Source of the DNA: Thraustochytrium aureum
Taxonomy: Eukaryota
DNA: 49,209 nt
Direction: 5' to 3'
Assembly (NCBI GenBank): GCA_012862495.1
Contig: BLSG01000114.1
Span: forward strand, 176,688-225,896
Below the pieces are notes generated by a model. The model had not been told where the DNA came from. It made no database searches and saw only the letters and a program-made list of their open reading frames with translations. Position numbers and translations under genes: made by a program. Position 1 is the first letter of the stretch. Each line of letters opens with the position of its first letter. Shown here one piece after another: positions 11,383 through 23,009 of this stretch.

Positions 11383-12541
11383 ATGGGCGCCGCTGGCGAA
11401 GTTTGGCGCGCCCGCGCTGGCGCCCAAGCCGAGGCGGACGCGCAGGTCTCGGAGCCGTGCGAGAGCGCGCCCGCAACGGCGGAAACGCTCCAAGTCGGGG
11501 AGAGGTACGCCAAGGTGAGAGTGCCGGAGGGCTGCAATGAAACGAGGAGGCGCCCTGCGCTCGTGGCTGTGCACGGGTATGGGTCCAACGCAAAGCTTGA
11601 GCTAGCCAAGTGGGCGCGAGCTGCACAAGAACGCGACATTCTTCTGGTGGCACCGGCTGGCCTCGAAAGGTCGTGGAATGCGCGCGAATGCTGCGGGCCC
11701 GCCCTCGCGCTCCAGGTCGACGACGTTGGATTCATGCGCGAGCTTGCGTCCATGCTGCGCGCTAGACCAGACGTGGACCCCAACCGCGTGTTCTTCACGG
11801 GCCACTCGAACGGAGCCTTTCTCGGCTCACTCATTCTGCTCACAGACCCAAGCCTGTTCGATGGGTTTGCACTTCTGAGCGCTGCGCAGGGAGGACGAGG
11901 GATTGTACGCGAGGAATTCCAGCGCCAGGTCCGTTCCGGTGATCCACCAACACGCTGAGACTGACTCGCTGGTTCGATGGGATGGCTGCTGTTCGAGCTC
12001 GCCATGCTGCTGTGGGATTCGCAGTGAGGAGGCCGCTTGCACCTCCATCCCACGGGCGGTCCAGTTGCTATTCGAGCGCAACGCGTGCGAAGGGTTCGCG
12101 GTAATCCGCGAAGGGCCAGATCTTCTCAGCGAGCCGCAACAGGGCCTCTCGAGCAGCCTCAGCACGGCCACAGGAGTCGAGTTTTCTGTGGGCGCGTGCC
12201 TTCGTGGCGTTGCCTGCTCCGCCCCCGTCGCACTTTGCAAGCATTCCGAGCCGCACACGGCTTGGGCAAGTCTGTTCCACTCGGCCGGTGTCACGCTCGA
12301 TTTTCTGCTGTCCGCAGCCTCGTCGAGCGGCCGTGCTTCAGAGCCGACGAGAACAGCTGGGCCCGACACGCGACCTTCGGCCGCACGGGTTTCTGGCAAC
12401 TTCACGCCGCACGTACACAACGACGCGCAGCCACTCGCTTCTACGGCTGCTCTGCTATTCGTTTTTCTTCTATGCCTAGTTGCGCTGCGGTGGCGCGCCC
12501 GCCGACGGCAGTACGCGCTGGCTCCCACCAACGAGGACTAG
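11383..12541 (+). CDS. LpqC/PHB-depolymerase-like esterase with C-terminal transmembrane helix; frameshift at ~11930
   Basis: ALVAVHGYG, LLVAPAG, SWNARECCG, VDDVGF, DVDPNRVFFTGHSNG (nucleophile elbow), then VPVIHQHAETDSLV in the next frame, and TM AALLFVFLLCLVAL. Confidence 0.8.
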
Positions 12542-12576
12542 CTCCTGGCACCGAAACGCAGGGAGAGCATCACTTC

Positions 12577-15500
12577 TCAAAGCGACAGCATTTCGACCTC
12601 GGCCTCGTCTTCAGTGGCGACTGCGACGCGGCCCTCTTGCTGCGGATCCTGTCGCGAGCCGCAGCAGCGCGCACAGCAGCCTCCGCGGCGGCTCTCGTCG
12701 ACTCCCCGCTCGCGATCGTCCTGGTCTGCGAGCGCGGAGGAAGCGCCCTTGGCGCGCTCTCGCGCCGCAGCTCGCTCGGCCTCGTCCTTGGCCAGCTTCT
12801 CGGCCTCCTCCTGCTCCTCGCGCTTCTGCTTGAGGCGGTCGAAAATGGCGCAGTAGCAGCAGCAGGCCACGATGGCGGTGACGAGCAGCGCCAGAATGAT
12901 GTACCCGAACGGCCCAGTGCTGGAAATGAAGGTCGTGACGGCGCTCAGCTGGGGCATGAGAAAGATCGAGGCCACGATGGCGACGAGGATGCCAAAGCAA
13001 AGGCAAAACTTGACGCACAGCTCGGGGCCGAGACATTCACGCAGCAGATAAAATGGATTCCAGAACAGCGACCACTTGAGGCGGCCGACAGGCTTCGGAA
13101 GCTTCGGGAACCGGTTCGGCTCCGACCTGCCCGCCCCGTTGCTCAACTTGGAGTTTGCCGCGTCTTGCCGCACGAGCTCAATGGAGACCCACAGCTTGCC
13201 CATGTCTCGCCGCACGCCATCCTCCATGGCGTACAGTTTGAGCGGCTTAGAGTTGGGCGGCTTGCGCGTCGACCCAACAAGCTGGCTCGCCCACGGCGCG
13301 TACGTGTCGATCAACTCATTGGCATCCTTCTTCTTCTCCTCGACTTCGCTGTGCTCCTCTGCGGCAGGAGCGCCGGCGGCGCTTGGTGCACTCGCGTTGC
13401 TCGCCCCACTGGCAGAGGGACCTGTGGCGCGCCCGTGAGCAGTTCCCATTTCTAGATCGTGCGCTGGCGCTGGTTGGTCACTGCCCTGGACCCCAGAGGC
13501 CAGGGAGATGCTGACCTGCCTCTCGCGCTGCATCTCCTCCGCGGCAGGGGCCGGCACAGGGGCCGCCGCGCTCGCGCCAGCAACCTCGCCGTGCGCGTCA
13601 CCTGGCGGCTGCGCCATGAACGGTGTTGTGCTGACCATCGGGGCCGCGGGGTCGCGTCGGAGGGGCCTCCGCACCGAGTCGTCAAACACTTGGTACGACT
13701 CTTCGTTGCGCAGGAAGGCCGCCTTGAGGTGCTTGTCGAGGTCGAGCTGGGTCTCTGCGATGCAGTCGCTCCATTTCGCGACGTCTTTGTCCCAGATCTG
13801 AAAGGTCAAGCGAGATTGGAGCTTGGGAAGCGGGAGCTTGACCTCGGGAAACTTGAGGCGGTAGTTCCAGGAACCCTTGCCCTTCTTGCAGCGCCAGTGC
13901 GTGTCGGTGGAGAGCCACCGCTTGTCGCTCCACCCGTTGAACTTGGCGCGGACGTACAGATCGTTCTGCTTTGTGAACATGTCGAACGCGGGGACATCCT
14001 CCGACTTCCAAACAATCACCCGCATCTCGAACACAGCATCTTCGGGCGGCGAAATGTCGACTGGGGGGTACTTGATCGAACCTCCAAGGTCCAAAATATC
14101 GCACCACAGCTCGAGCTTGCCTTGCTCAATCTGCGAGGTTGGGTTCCACAGCGACCGAAGCTCAACTGGCTTGCGCGTGTACTTTGGCACGTCCTCAAGC
14201 GTGGCGTCCTTGTTCGTATCCTCCAGCAGCTCGGCAGCGGCGCCCACGTCGTGCTCGGCCGCAGCTTGCTCGCGGGTTCTCTCCTCTGCGCTCTTGTCCG
14301 CCAAGAACGAGTGCCAGTTGTCCGAGAGCCACCTGTCCTCCAAATCGATGACGGTCTCCCCGATGAGGTCGTCCGCGGAGAGCGTGTCAAAGTCCATCAC
14401 CTTGATTCGGAGCTGCGAGGCGCCAGGGAGCTCGGCGGCAATGTCAAACCGCCGGTAGAAACCCGGGTTGACCGAGTTGCTGATGTAGCGCTTGCGGTCG
14501 TTCACCTTTTGTGTGCCAAGCTTGACAATCAGATATGGGTCGCTCTTGCCTCCCCCAATGTCGAGCGGGGTGAGGTGGAATCCTTTCAGCACGTTCACTC
14601 GGACTTGCACCTGCCGCGGCGTCATGACGAGCTTGAGCATCTCGGGCTTGAACACGCCCTCATCTGGCGCCGTCGAAGGGTCGTCGTCCAGCACAACGCG
14701 CAAGACGGCCTTCATCACCCCCACTTGGCGCAGATTCGGCTTGAGCTTGCGGCCTAGGAGAGACTTGCGAATGAGCTGCCCGCGCATCAGCGGGAACGAC
14801 TGAAAGGGCGGCGGCCCCACCATGTTTTCGAGTTCCTCCGCGACTGAGTGGCGTCCGCTCATAAATTTGGGAAGCGGAAGCGGGTCGTGGTGCTTCCACT
14901 CGACGAAAACCTCTCCGCCATACGGCTCAAGCGCTCCATCCGCGGCTTCTCCGTCCGGCGCGCCGTCCGTTGCGTCGTTGATATCGACGGAGAGCCCGGC
15001 CGATCCGCCCGCCTCCAAATCGAGGTCAAACGAGTCAGCCCTCCGGGATCCGGCCTCCTCGTCACCCATAGAGTCAAGGATAGTCATATCGAACTGCTCG
15101 CTGCCCACGAGGGTTGGCGGCTCAATCTCACTCCCACTTGAGTCTTTCGAGCTGCCTCCTTCCGTTGCGCGTGCGCCGCTGCGGGCTGACGAGCCGTGGG
15201 GGCGGTAGTCGGGCGAGGTCGGGACGTACCTGAGGAGGTCGATTGTTGCAGTAGCCACGACTGGGCAGTCGAGGCCGCCAAAGCGCGAGTCTTTCACCGT
15301 GACGTGCAAACGCGGCAGGAAGACAAGGTCGTCCGGGAGCGCGAGCGGGATTTCGATGAGGTCCCCAAAGTTCGGGTTCGGACCGGACCCGCGGCGCGTA
15401 CTCTTGACGTTGCGCACCAAGCTGGCATCCCCGAGATGAAACTCGGTGACTGGGTTTGAGATGCCCAGCCCGCGGTAGGATTCGAGGTTTCTCAGCCCGA

Positions 15501-18500
15501 GAACGACGATTTGGACCCGGGCGCTGCGAGAGCGCTGCGGCGCGATTGACCGAACGAGAGGCGGCGAAGGCGTCATTGGAAGCACGTCAATCGAGACGAG
15601 CACGGCCCCTTTGCCCGAGTCACCCGGGGTGACCTGGAATATCCCAAACCAAGTCGGCTCGCCTTTGGCGTCGTACTCGGCGGCCCCGGCGGGGGCGAGC
15701 GGGATCCGCGCTGTTCCAAGGTAGTCGTCACTGTCGAACTTGTCGTAGTCGTACACGTCGATGACCACTTGGGGCGCAAAGCGGGCCGGCGGTAGCGCCA
15801 CGCCCGTAAACTCGACGGTGTGGTACCAAATCGGGTCGCACGTCTTCTTCCGCTTAGGGACCTTAACTTCGCGCCCCAACAGCTTGACTCGGGCGTAAGG
15901 ATCGCAAAGCCCTGAGGCGTCTGCGGCCGGCAGATCCGCGCCTTGATAGACATGGACCCTGACGGTTGATAGCCCAGACGCGCTGGACTGCTCGGCCGTC
16001 CCGCGCAGCGGTGCCAGGTGGTTGGGGCTCCAAGCCTCGGCAGTCCGGTCGGCTTGGTCTTTCGGACCAAGGCCCAACGCTACGAGCACGTTGCCTGCAA
16101 AGTCGTCGTCGTCAAGATTGTCGTTGGCCTTGTCCTCTTGCAACGCAACCCAGTTCATCGAGAGGGCAAAGCGGCGGAGGAGGAGCTCCTCGGGCCTAAA
16201 CCGGGCGAACGAGATGGTCTCGTCGTCGCTATCCTGCAGATACAGAAACACGTCTGGGACCTGCGCCTCGTGGAGAGCGTCAAGAATGGCTCCGCGAAGC
16301 TGCGACGCTTGCTTGCGAAGATGGCCGAGCCGGTCCATGAGGACTGGTGTCGAAGCTGCCGCCCCTTGCGGCTCGCCAAAATCGACGCCGGTTTGTTCGT
16401 CGCTGCCGCCAGCACTCTTGCCGGCCTCGGTGCCCTCATTCAGAGTCGACAGAGCTCGCACGCGCTGCATGAGCTTCGGAATGCGCGCCTCCGTCGACAC
16501 CACGCGCTGCTCGACGAGGTCGAGTTGCGCCACGAGCGCGACCAGAGTGGGGCTCCGCCAGCGGTCCAAAAGCTCGGCGGGGAGCTCGACGGCGAGCTCG
16601 AGGGCCTCCGCCCACTGGACGGTGCCCTTGGAGGGCCGTGCTCCGCTTGTCGCGATCCGGTGCGGGCCGATCTGCAAGGCAATCGAAACCGCAGCTTTGG
16701 TCTTGATGCCAAGGAGCTTTTGCAAGCGCGGGATCTCGCTCCCGGAGACTGCCCAGACGCGAAGAACATAAGTCTCGGTGCGGGGCAGGAAGGCCCGGCG
16801 GATGGAGCGGATCGGCACCTTGTGCACAGACTCGGTGTGGGACGGGTCGTCTTCGTCAACGGCATGGTCTTGGAGCGCCAGCAGCACTCGCCCGCGGTAC
16901 GCCGACGCCAGATGTGGGTTTGTGTTCATGATGTGCACGTTCTTGTTCGCAAACATGCCGCCAGAGGACGGGGCACCGTACAGGTTGTACCACCTGGGGC
17001 GAACCCGGCTTCGCGGGGCGTTCAGCACGTCCTGAAAGTTGAGCGTCACGATGCTGACGAGGTCGTTCCTCGACCTCGTGTCGTGGTCGTACACGGCAAT
17101 GTTGATCGCTTTGGCGATACGATAGTTGAACGTGGGCAGCCACATCTCCTCGTTAAAGGTGACCCGAAGCGATTCGCTCGAGCCCTTGGGCCGTGACGCC
17201 GAAATTATACGGCTCCGGCAGCGCCGGTTCGCGTCAAAGGTGACCGAAAGGAAGGCGTCGATGCCGGAGGAACCCGTGAGCCGGTTCGAATCAAGGGCAG
17301 GGAGGTCTTCGGCCTGGTAAACCTTCAGTCTGAGAAAGTGCAAAGGCTGCTCGACGTGCGGGGGCAAAAGCACCTCGCCAATGTCTTCGTCGCGTTCGCC
17401 AGCGGCCCCAGCGCCTTCTTCCTCTTCCTCTTCCAGGCTGGCTCGGTCTCCGGGGCCCAGCACGGTCATACTGACACGCGCATAGCCCTGTACCCCGCGG
17501 TCCTTGGGATTGCGCTCGTCTACGACGCCTATCCAGCGCCGCTTGATTCCACCTGCATAGTAGGCGTCCAGGAGGTCGAACGTAAACGAGCCGATGAGGT
17601 CGTTCCGCGAGATGAGGTCGGCGTCCATGATCGCGAAGCGAACCGAGGTGCTCTCCAGGGAGTGCTCGTCCATGTCGTGAAGGTCGAGGAAGAGCTGCTC
17701 GTCGAATACGCAGCTTCGCACTCCCTTCTTGATGGAGGTGCTGCGCTTGATTTCCTTTCGAAGCGGGACCATTGCGGTCACGGTGCACACTGGATCGCTG
17801 GTGCCTTGCACGTCCTCGGCCTTGAGCTCGCGCGCTTCAATCACATGAAAGATGACGCGCCAGGTCCCTGGCTTGATGGGCATATTCCGGGCGGCACGCA
17901 AGCGCTCAAGTCGCTCGCGTTCGTGGCGTTCGTGGCGGTCCTTGGCCGAGTCAGGTTTACTCTCGGCGCCCTCGTCCGTGCTCACGGAGGAGTCATCGCT
18001 ATCAGAGTCCTGCTGCTGCTCCGCGCTTGGCTGGTCTTCATACGCTCGCGCGGTCTCTGGCCCTGCGTTAGCAGGGTTTGCCGCGGTGCCCACCGTTTCC
18101 TCCCGCATGAGCTCTTGGTCCCAGTCGTCCGGTTCGTCCGCCGCCGCGCTGGACGCGAAGCCGGTTGGGCCTGCGGACTCGTCCTCCACGAGAACATCTA
18201 TGAACTCGCCGCGCGCTCGGCGTGTTAGCCCGAGCCTCGACAGAACGGCAAGCCGGCCTTTGCCAGGCAGGTGGTCTTTGTGCAGCCAACGCACGGCAAC
18301 GCGCACGAAGCCGGCCTGGCCGCTCGCCCCGTACTTGTCGGCGAGCTCGAGGTGGAACGTGCGATGCGTTCCCGGGGTCGACTTGAGCTCGCGCACGGCG
18401 TTGACGTCGACGTGGGCGGTCCCGAGCAAGTCCTTGCCGAGCATGTCCTTGTCGAAAACTTTGACTTGGACATGCGTGGCCGGGTTTCGCGCCGCGACGA

Positions 18501-18684
18501 AGCGCACGCGCTCGTCCCATACCACGCGGCCCGTCGTCGTACGGTGCGCCTGCGTCTTGAAGTCTTGGCCAGAAAACCGCACGACGACGTAGGCGTCCGA
18601 GGCCTTGCCATTGTCTGCCAGCGGAAGGTCTTGCGCCTCCAGCACGCACACCTCCACCGCGTTCGGCGTCGGCGCGCCGGACAT
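12577..18684 (-). CDS. Ferlin-like multi-C2-domain membrane protein (2035 aa)
   Basis: Multiple C2 domains (EAQDLP...SDAYV, SDPVC, AEDLPALD, ADLPAADASGLCDPY, GGKSDPYL), the ferlin-typical DLIGETVIDLEDR, TDTHWRCKKGKGSWNYR and GAGRSEPNRFPKLPKPVGR, and C-terminal TM segments. Confidence 0.92.
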   Translation of the reverse strand: MSGAPTPNAVEVCVLEAQDLPLADNGKASDAYVVVRFSGQDFKTQAHRTTTGRVVWDERVRFVAARNPATHVQVKVFDKDMLGKDLLGTAHVDVNAVRELKSTPGTHRTFHLELADKYGASGQAGFVRVAVRWLHKDHLPGKGRLAVLSRLGLTRRARGEFIDVLVEDESAGPTGFASSAAADEPDDWDQELMREETVGTAANPANAGPETARAYEDQPSAEQQQDSDSDDSSVSTDEGAESKPDSAKDRHERHERERLERLRAARNMPIKPGTWRVIFHVIEARELKAEDVQGTSDPVCTVTAMVPLRKEIKRSTSIKKGVRSCVFDEQLFLDLHDMDEHSLESTSVRFAIMDADLISRNDLIGSFTFDLLDAYYAGGIKRRWIGVVDERNPKDRGVQGYARVSMTVLGPGDRASLEEEEEEGAGAAGERDEDIGEVLLPPHVEQPLHFLRLKVYQAEDLPALDSNRLTGSSGIDAFLSVTFDANRRCRSRIISASRPKGSSESLRVTFNEEMWLPTFNYRIAKAINIAVYDHDTRSRNDLVSIVTLNFQDVLNAPRSRVRPRWYNLYGAPSSGGMFANKNVHIMNTNPHLASAYRGRVLLALQDHAVDEDDPSHTESVHKVPIRSIRRAFLPRTETYVLRVWAVSGSEIPRLQKLLGIKTKAAVSIALQIGPHRIATSGARPSKGTVQWAEALELAVELPAELLDRWRSPTLVALVAQLDLVEQRVVSTEARIPKLMQRVRALSTLNEGTEAGKSAGGSDEQTGVDFGEPQGAAASTPVLMDRLGHLRKQASQLRGAILDALHEAQVPDVFLYLQDSDDETISFARFRPEELLLRRFALSMNWVALQEDKANDNLDDDDFAGNVLVALGLGPKDQADRTAEAWSPNHLAPLRGTAEQSSASGLSTVRVHVYQGADLPAADASGLCDPYARVKLLGREVKVPKRKKTCDPIWYHTVEFTGVALPPARFAPQVVIDVYDYDKFDSDDYLGTARIPLAPAGAAEYDAKGEPTWFGIFQVTPGDSGKGAVLVSIDVLPMTPSPPLVRSIAPQRSRSARVQIVVLGLRNLESYRGLGISNPVTEFHLGDASLVRNVKSTRRGSGPNPNFGDLIEIPLALPDDLVFLPRLHVTVKDSRFGGLDCPVVATATIDLLRYVPTSPDYRPHGSSARSGARATEGGSSKDSSGSEIEPPTLVGSEQFDMTILDSMGDEEAGSRRADSFDLDLEAGGSAGLSVDINDATDGAPDGEAADGALEPYGGEVFVEWKHHDPLPLPKFMSGRHSVAEELENMVGPPPFQSFPLMRGQLIRKSLLGRKLKPNLRQVGVMKAVLRVVLDDDPSTAPDEGVFKPEMLKLVMTPRQVQVRVNVLKGFHLTPLDIGGGKSDPYLIVKLGTQKVNDRKRYISNSVNPGFYRRFDIAAELPGASQLRIKVMDFDTLSADDLIGETVIDLEDRWLSDNWHSFLADKSAEERTREQAAAEHDVGAAAELLEDTNKDATLEDVPKYTRKPVELRSLWNPTSQIEQGKLELWCDILDLGGSIKYPPVDISPPEDAVFEMRVIVWKSEDVPAFDMFTKQNDLYVRAKFNGWSDKRWLSTDTHWRCKKGKGSWNYRLKFPEVKLPLPKLQSRLTFQIWDKDVAKWSDCIAETQLDLDKHLKAAFLRNEESYQVFDDSVRRPLRRDPAAPMVSTTPFMAQPPGDAHGEVAGASAAAPVPAPAAEEMQRERQVSISLASGVQGSDQPAPAHDLEMGTAHGRATGPSASGASNASAPSAAGAPAAEEHSEVEEKKKDANELIDTYAPWASQLVGSTRKPPNSKPLKLYAMEDGVRRDMGKLWVSIELVRQDAANSKLSNGAGRSEPNRFPKLPKPVGRLKWSLFWNPFYLLRECLGPELCVKFCLCFGILVAIVASIFLMPQLSAVTTFISSTGPFGYIILALLVTAIVACCCYCAIFDRLKQKREEQEEAEKLAKDEAERAAARERAKGASSALADQDDRERGVDESRRGGCCARCCGSRQDPQQEGRVAVATEDEAEVEMLSL

Positions 18685-19134
18685 GGCCTTGCTCGCTCGC
18701 CGGCCCTAGGCGACCCGCGCGAGAGAGATTTCGAGCGTCAGCCGACGCGCCAACGAGCGGCGCCGAGCTGGCTTGGCGGTTGCGATCCTGCCCAGCGCGC
18801 ACGAGCCCTCGAGCACTCGCGCCGCCCAGCGCCGGCAGCCGGCCCCGGCGGTCCTGTGCCTAGCACAGCGCAACGCGCCCTCGGCGAGTCGGAGCGGCGC
18901 GGGTGGCGGGGCTGCTGGAGGAAAGAAGATACGACACTGGCTGGGGCTCGAACGAACCTGTGGCGACCAGAACGCAGAGTCTCACTCACTCCGAACCCGA
19001 GACGCGGGGCCGCCCGGCAGCCCCACTGGAGAGCAGAGTGCTCGAGGGGGCTCTGGCTGGAGACCGATCTTCTGGCTGGCGCTCTCCGGGTCTCGTTTTC
19101 TCTGCTCTGGGGCTTGCCTGCGCGGCGGCCGCAC

Positions 19135-20252
19135 ATGGAAGAGTGGGTTTTCCGCTGGATGCCCACCAGGGCTCAACACTGGCTTCGTGATAGCAAGCGC
19201 TTCGGCAAGGCCGTGGACGCGTTGACGCTAGTAGCAGGCGGGGCTGCAGCGCTTGCGTTCGACCGCAGCCTCGCCTGGCGGTTCCTGTCCAAGGAAGGAG
19301 TGCAAAGGGACGTGCCCTACGGCGCACATCCGCGGCACAAGCTGGACGTCTACCCTGCGCCAGAGCCAGGGCGCCGGGAGCCCGGGAAAGCGCAATGCAT
19401 CGTTTTCGTGCACGGCGGCGCGTGGGGGTTTGGGGAAAAGTCGCTGTACGCGCTGCATGCGCGACAGCTTCAGGACCAAGGCCTCTGCGTCGTAGTGGTG
19501 AACTATCGCTTGTACCCATTTGTCCGGAGCGAGGTGCAAGCCCAAGACGTTGGCCTCGCGTTGCGCTGGGTCGGCGCGAACGCGGGCCAGCTTGGGTGTG
19601 ACCCAGGCGAGGTCTTCGTGATGGCGCACAGCTCGGGAGCGCATGTGGCGCTCCTGTCTGCGCTGCAGCAAGCCGCGATGGGGTTGGATTCGGTTGTCGT
19701 GCGGGCCAACCCCGCACTTCAGACCGCGGTTGTTGAGGGTCCAACCGAGGGGCGCTGCAGGGGGATCGTGCTGATGAGCGGGGTCTACGATATCGAAGCC
19801 CATTACTTGCACGAGCAGGGGCGGCACGTTCATGAGATCTCGTTCATGAAAGGAGCGAATGCCGGGAGCGGCCCCAGCGCCCGGGCTTGCACAGCGACAT
19901 GCAGCGTGGGTTTCGCGACCGGTCGCCAACGCACATCCTCGACGACCTCGTGGCCTTGGACCCCGGAGCCGCGCGGGAGTTGGCGTCGCGCATGCCTCCG
20001 CTGCTTTTGTTGCACGGAGCGCAAGACCGGACCGTGCCAGTGCGTTCCACGCGGGACCTGCACGCGGCGCTCGAGCGTGCCGGGGTTGCTGTTCTATTTG
20101 CGGAGCTGGACTTTCACGACCATGTCAACATCCACACCGAGTTTATGCTTGGCAGGGGCGAGACGGTGTTGGCGCTCGTCGCGCAGTTTTTGCGTCGGGG
20201 CGGCGAGGCGCCAGGGCTGTACAGCGCGTTGGCGGCGCAGAGTAAATTATGA
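19135..20252 (+). CDS. Alpha/beta hydrolase, isoprenylcysteine methylesterase (ICME)-like; frameshift at ~19875
   Basis: DVPYG...KLDVY, IVFVHGGAWGFG, VNYRLYP, MAHSSGAH, LMSGVYDI, then PPLLLLHGAQDRTVP and DHVN in the next frame. Confidence 0.85.
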
Positions 20253-20711
20253 ACCCCGCGCGGCCGCCATGCTTTGGATCAAGCTGATCGTGTGGAGGAG
20301 CGCCTTTTCAGCGTGTCAGGCTGATGGGACCGGAGACGCCTTTGCCCCAACAGATGAACGCCTTTCGTCGATTCTGAGCCTGCAGGGAGCCGAGGGACGG
20401 CGGTTTTGCACGCGAGGGGCCGCGCCTTTCCGCGCCACGGTTGACGCAGCAGACATGCTCGAATCCATAATAAATGGGAAGCCGGCAAAGCTCAGCTGGA
20501 AAAGCCGCCAAGGCAAAGGGCGAAGGGCAAAGGGCAAAGGGTCTGTACATCTGTAGTACATCGTCACGATCACCACCATCTTCACGAAGGCGGCACCTTG
20601 GTCGAGCAACTCGTAGCCCCATCATCCAGGCCACACAAAAAAAGAGAGATCACAAGAACGGCAGCCGATGCAACATTAGCGAGCGGGGCGGGCGGGGCCC
20701 AGCTCTAGGAT

Positions 20712-21503
20712 TTAGCAAAATGAGGGCGCCAGGCGCTGCGCGCGCGCCGTGGCAAGGTCGAAACAGCCGTTGAGCTGCTCCAGGTCAAGCGCGGGTCCGT
20801 CCGGCTTGAACAGCGAAAAAATATTGCCGTGCGCATCCACAACTGCAGATACCGTCCCGTCCAGGACCTCGAGCTCCTCGTGCGTCGGGTCGACGAGGAG
20901 CACGTGCTTGGCAGCGCCAAAAATGCCAAACGTTGTGGAGACTGGGGTGTGGCTGAGCCTGACGCGGTTCGGCGTGGCCTCGCCGACCTGGACGACCTCG
21001 CGCCCCGTGCTCATTGCGTGCTGGATCGCGCGCCCTCCAGCACCAGCGCCAGGCGCGACGCTTGCACCGCCATCTTTGGAAGCCGCAAGTCGAGCAGCGC
21101 GGCGAGCAGGGCGGCGAGCGCGGCGTCCGCCAGGTTTCCGTCGTCCGCGAGGCAGACGACGTCGGCGAAGAGCACAAAGCTGGCCACGCCCTCTTCGATC
21201 AAGAGCTGCGACTTGTCAAGGACTTGGCCGCCTTCCAGGACGCGCACCAGAAACGCAGCTAGTGAAGCCTCCTGGTCTTGATTCCTGCCGTCGTACGCTG
21301 GCGAGCAGACCGGCAGCAGCCGCACAGAGACACTTATTGACCCTTCGTCCCTCTTCCTGCCGACGGGCGGGCCCACGGCAAACCGAATGCCACACACCAC
21401 GCTCGTGTCTCCCAACGTGACGCGCGCCGACCCGTCGGCGGACCTGACCGCGTCGCGCTCCACGCGCATGGGGCGGGCCTCCTCCAGCCCCCTTCCATCC
21501 GGC
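20712..21503 (-). CDS. RRP43: Exosome complex RNase PH subunit RRP43/EXOSC8; start in the gap; frameshift at ~21025
   Basis: PDGR...ADGSARVTLGDTSVVCGI, LFADVVCLADDGNLADAALAALLAALLDLRLP, PVSTTFGIF and LLVDPTHEE. Confidence 0.85.
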
Positions 21504-23009
21504 NNNNNNNNNNNNNNNNNNNNNNNNNNNNNNNNNNNNNNNNNNNNNNNNNNNNNNNNNNNNNNNNNNNNNNNNNNNNNNNNNNNNNNNNNNNNNNNNN
21601 NNNNNNNNNNNNNNNNNNNNNNNNNNNNNNNNNNNNNNNNNNNNNNNNNNNNNNNNNNNNNNNNNNNNNNNNNNNNNNNNNNNNNNNNNNNCGCCCAGCC
21701 GTCAACCGAGTCGCCCGGCCAGCCCAAAGCAGCGCGCAGCGGGGCAAAACCACGCACGCAGCCCCGCCTACCCTGCTCCCCCAACCCCCAAACCCGGGTC
21801 CGCGCCGCTGGCGCTCCTACGCGCTCGCCTGGACCTCCTCGACGCGGCGCATTCTGCCATCCATCACCAGGAGGGGCTGACTGGTCTTGGGACAGCGGGC
21901 GCGCGGCCCTCTATTGCGTGCGGTCCACACGTCACGGTGATGGTGGATCATGAGTACTCGCGCGAAGAGTACTTGCTCGAGTAGAGGAGTACCATCTCGT
22001 GCTGGTACTGGTAGCGGGTCGCAACCGCCAGCTCGGCGACCCGCGCCATCGACGCAAGCAATTGATTGATTGAGCAATCCGTGGGCAGAAATGGACGCCT
22101 CGGCACTGGCACTCATCAAACAACAGCAGTATCTGGCCATGGAATCGGAGGGCCGCGCGCGGAGGCGCAGAGGTCGATGATGGTTCCGGGTGAATACACC
22201 ACCTGCGGGGCGAAGCTCATCGCTGCCCTGCTCGCCTGCGACTCCACGAGTTGTGCTGCTGCCTGCTCGCCTGCGACCTCAAGTCGCGCTGCTGCTGTGC
22301 TGCCTGCTCGCTGCTGGCCGCTCGCCGAAAGTCGCGCCTCCACCACCATCCCATCGATCGGGCTTACACGCCGGAGTACGTGCGAGCGCGCAAGCACCTC
22401 GCGAAGCAACTCGCTGCTCGGAGAGCCACTCGTGGCGCGCGGATCGCGGCGCGGACGCGGAGTGGCGCGCCGCGGCGGATGTGAGGGAGAACCGCGGCGG
22501 TGCCGGTTCTTCTGCGCGCGCAGAGCTTCAGCCTTTGACGTGCGCTGTGGGGTTCTTCGGGAGAGAACTAGTGCAGCGGCGGGGGAGCGGAATGAGGCCC
22601 GGCGGCACTCGAGACTGGCCGCTGCTCGGCGCCTATGGCCTCCTGAATCCGCGGCGGCCGAAGAGGAGGAGGGCGACGAAACCGCTGTCTGTCCCTCACG
22701 GCAGCAGCCGTATCAATGAGAGGGCCTGGCCGAGGTGAAATGAGACACGCGAGAGGGCGCAAAGGTGGCGCGGCGCGTGGTTTTGTATTCACGAGCCACC
22801 GCACGGCGAGCCAAAACGCGGCCTTGCGACCATTGCGCAGTAGACGATCTCGCGCACGCGGTGGAAATGGAAATTTGCCTCGCACGTCAAGGTGGCGGAG
22901 GAAATCCAGGCCGCCGTGTGAGGCGAGCGAGGCCGCCTCCTCTCGGAGGAGGACGACGCACACGAGGACGGAGGAGGGGCCGTTTTGCGAGTCCATGTGG
23001 GGGACATGC

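Noticed and set aside
18271..19134. N-terminal extension of the ICME-like ORF
   Set aside because: It overlaps the ferlin start on the opposite strand and the divergent intergenic region, with no recognisable motifs.
22116..22996. Possible minus-strand gene (MDSQNG... and MLREVLAR... frames)
   Set aside because: Fragmented frames with no recognisable domain; cannot be supported without transcripts.
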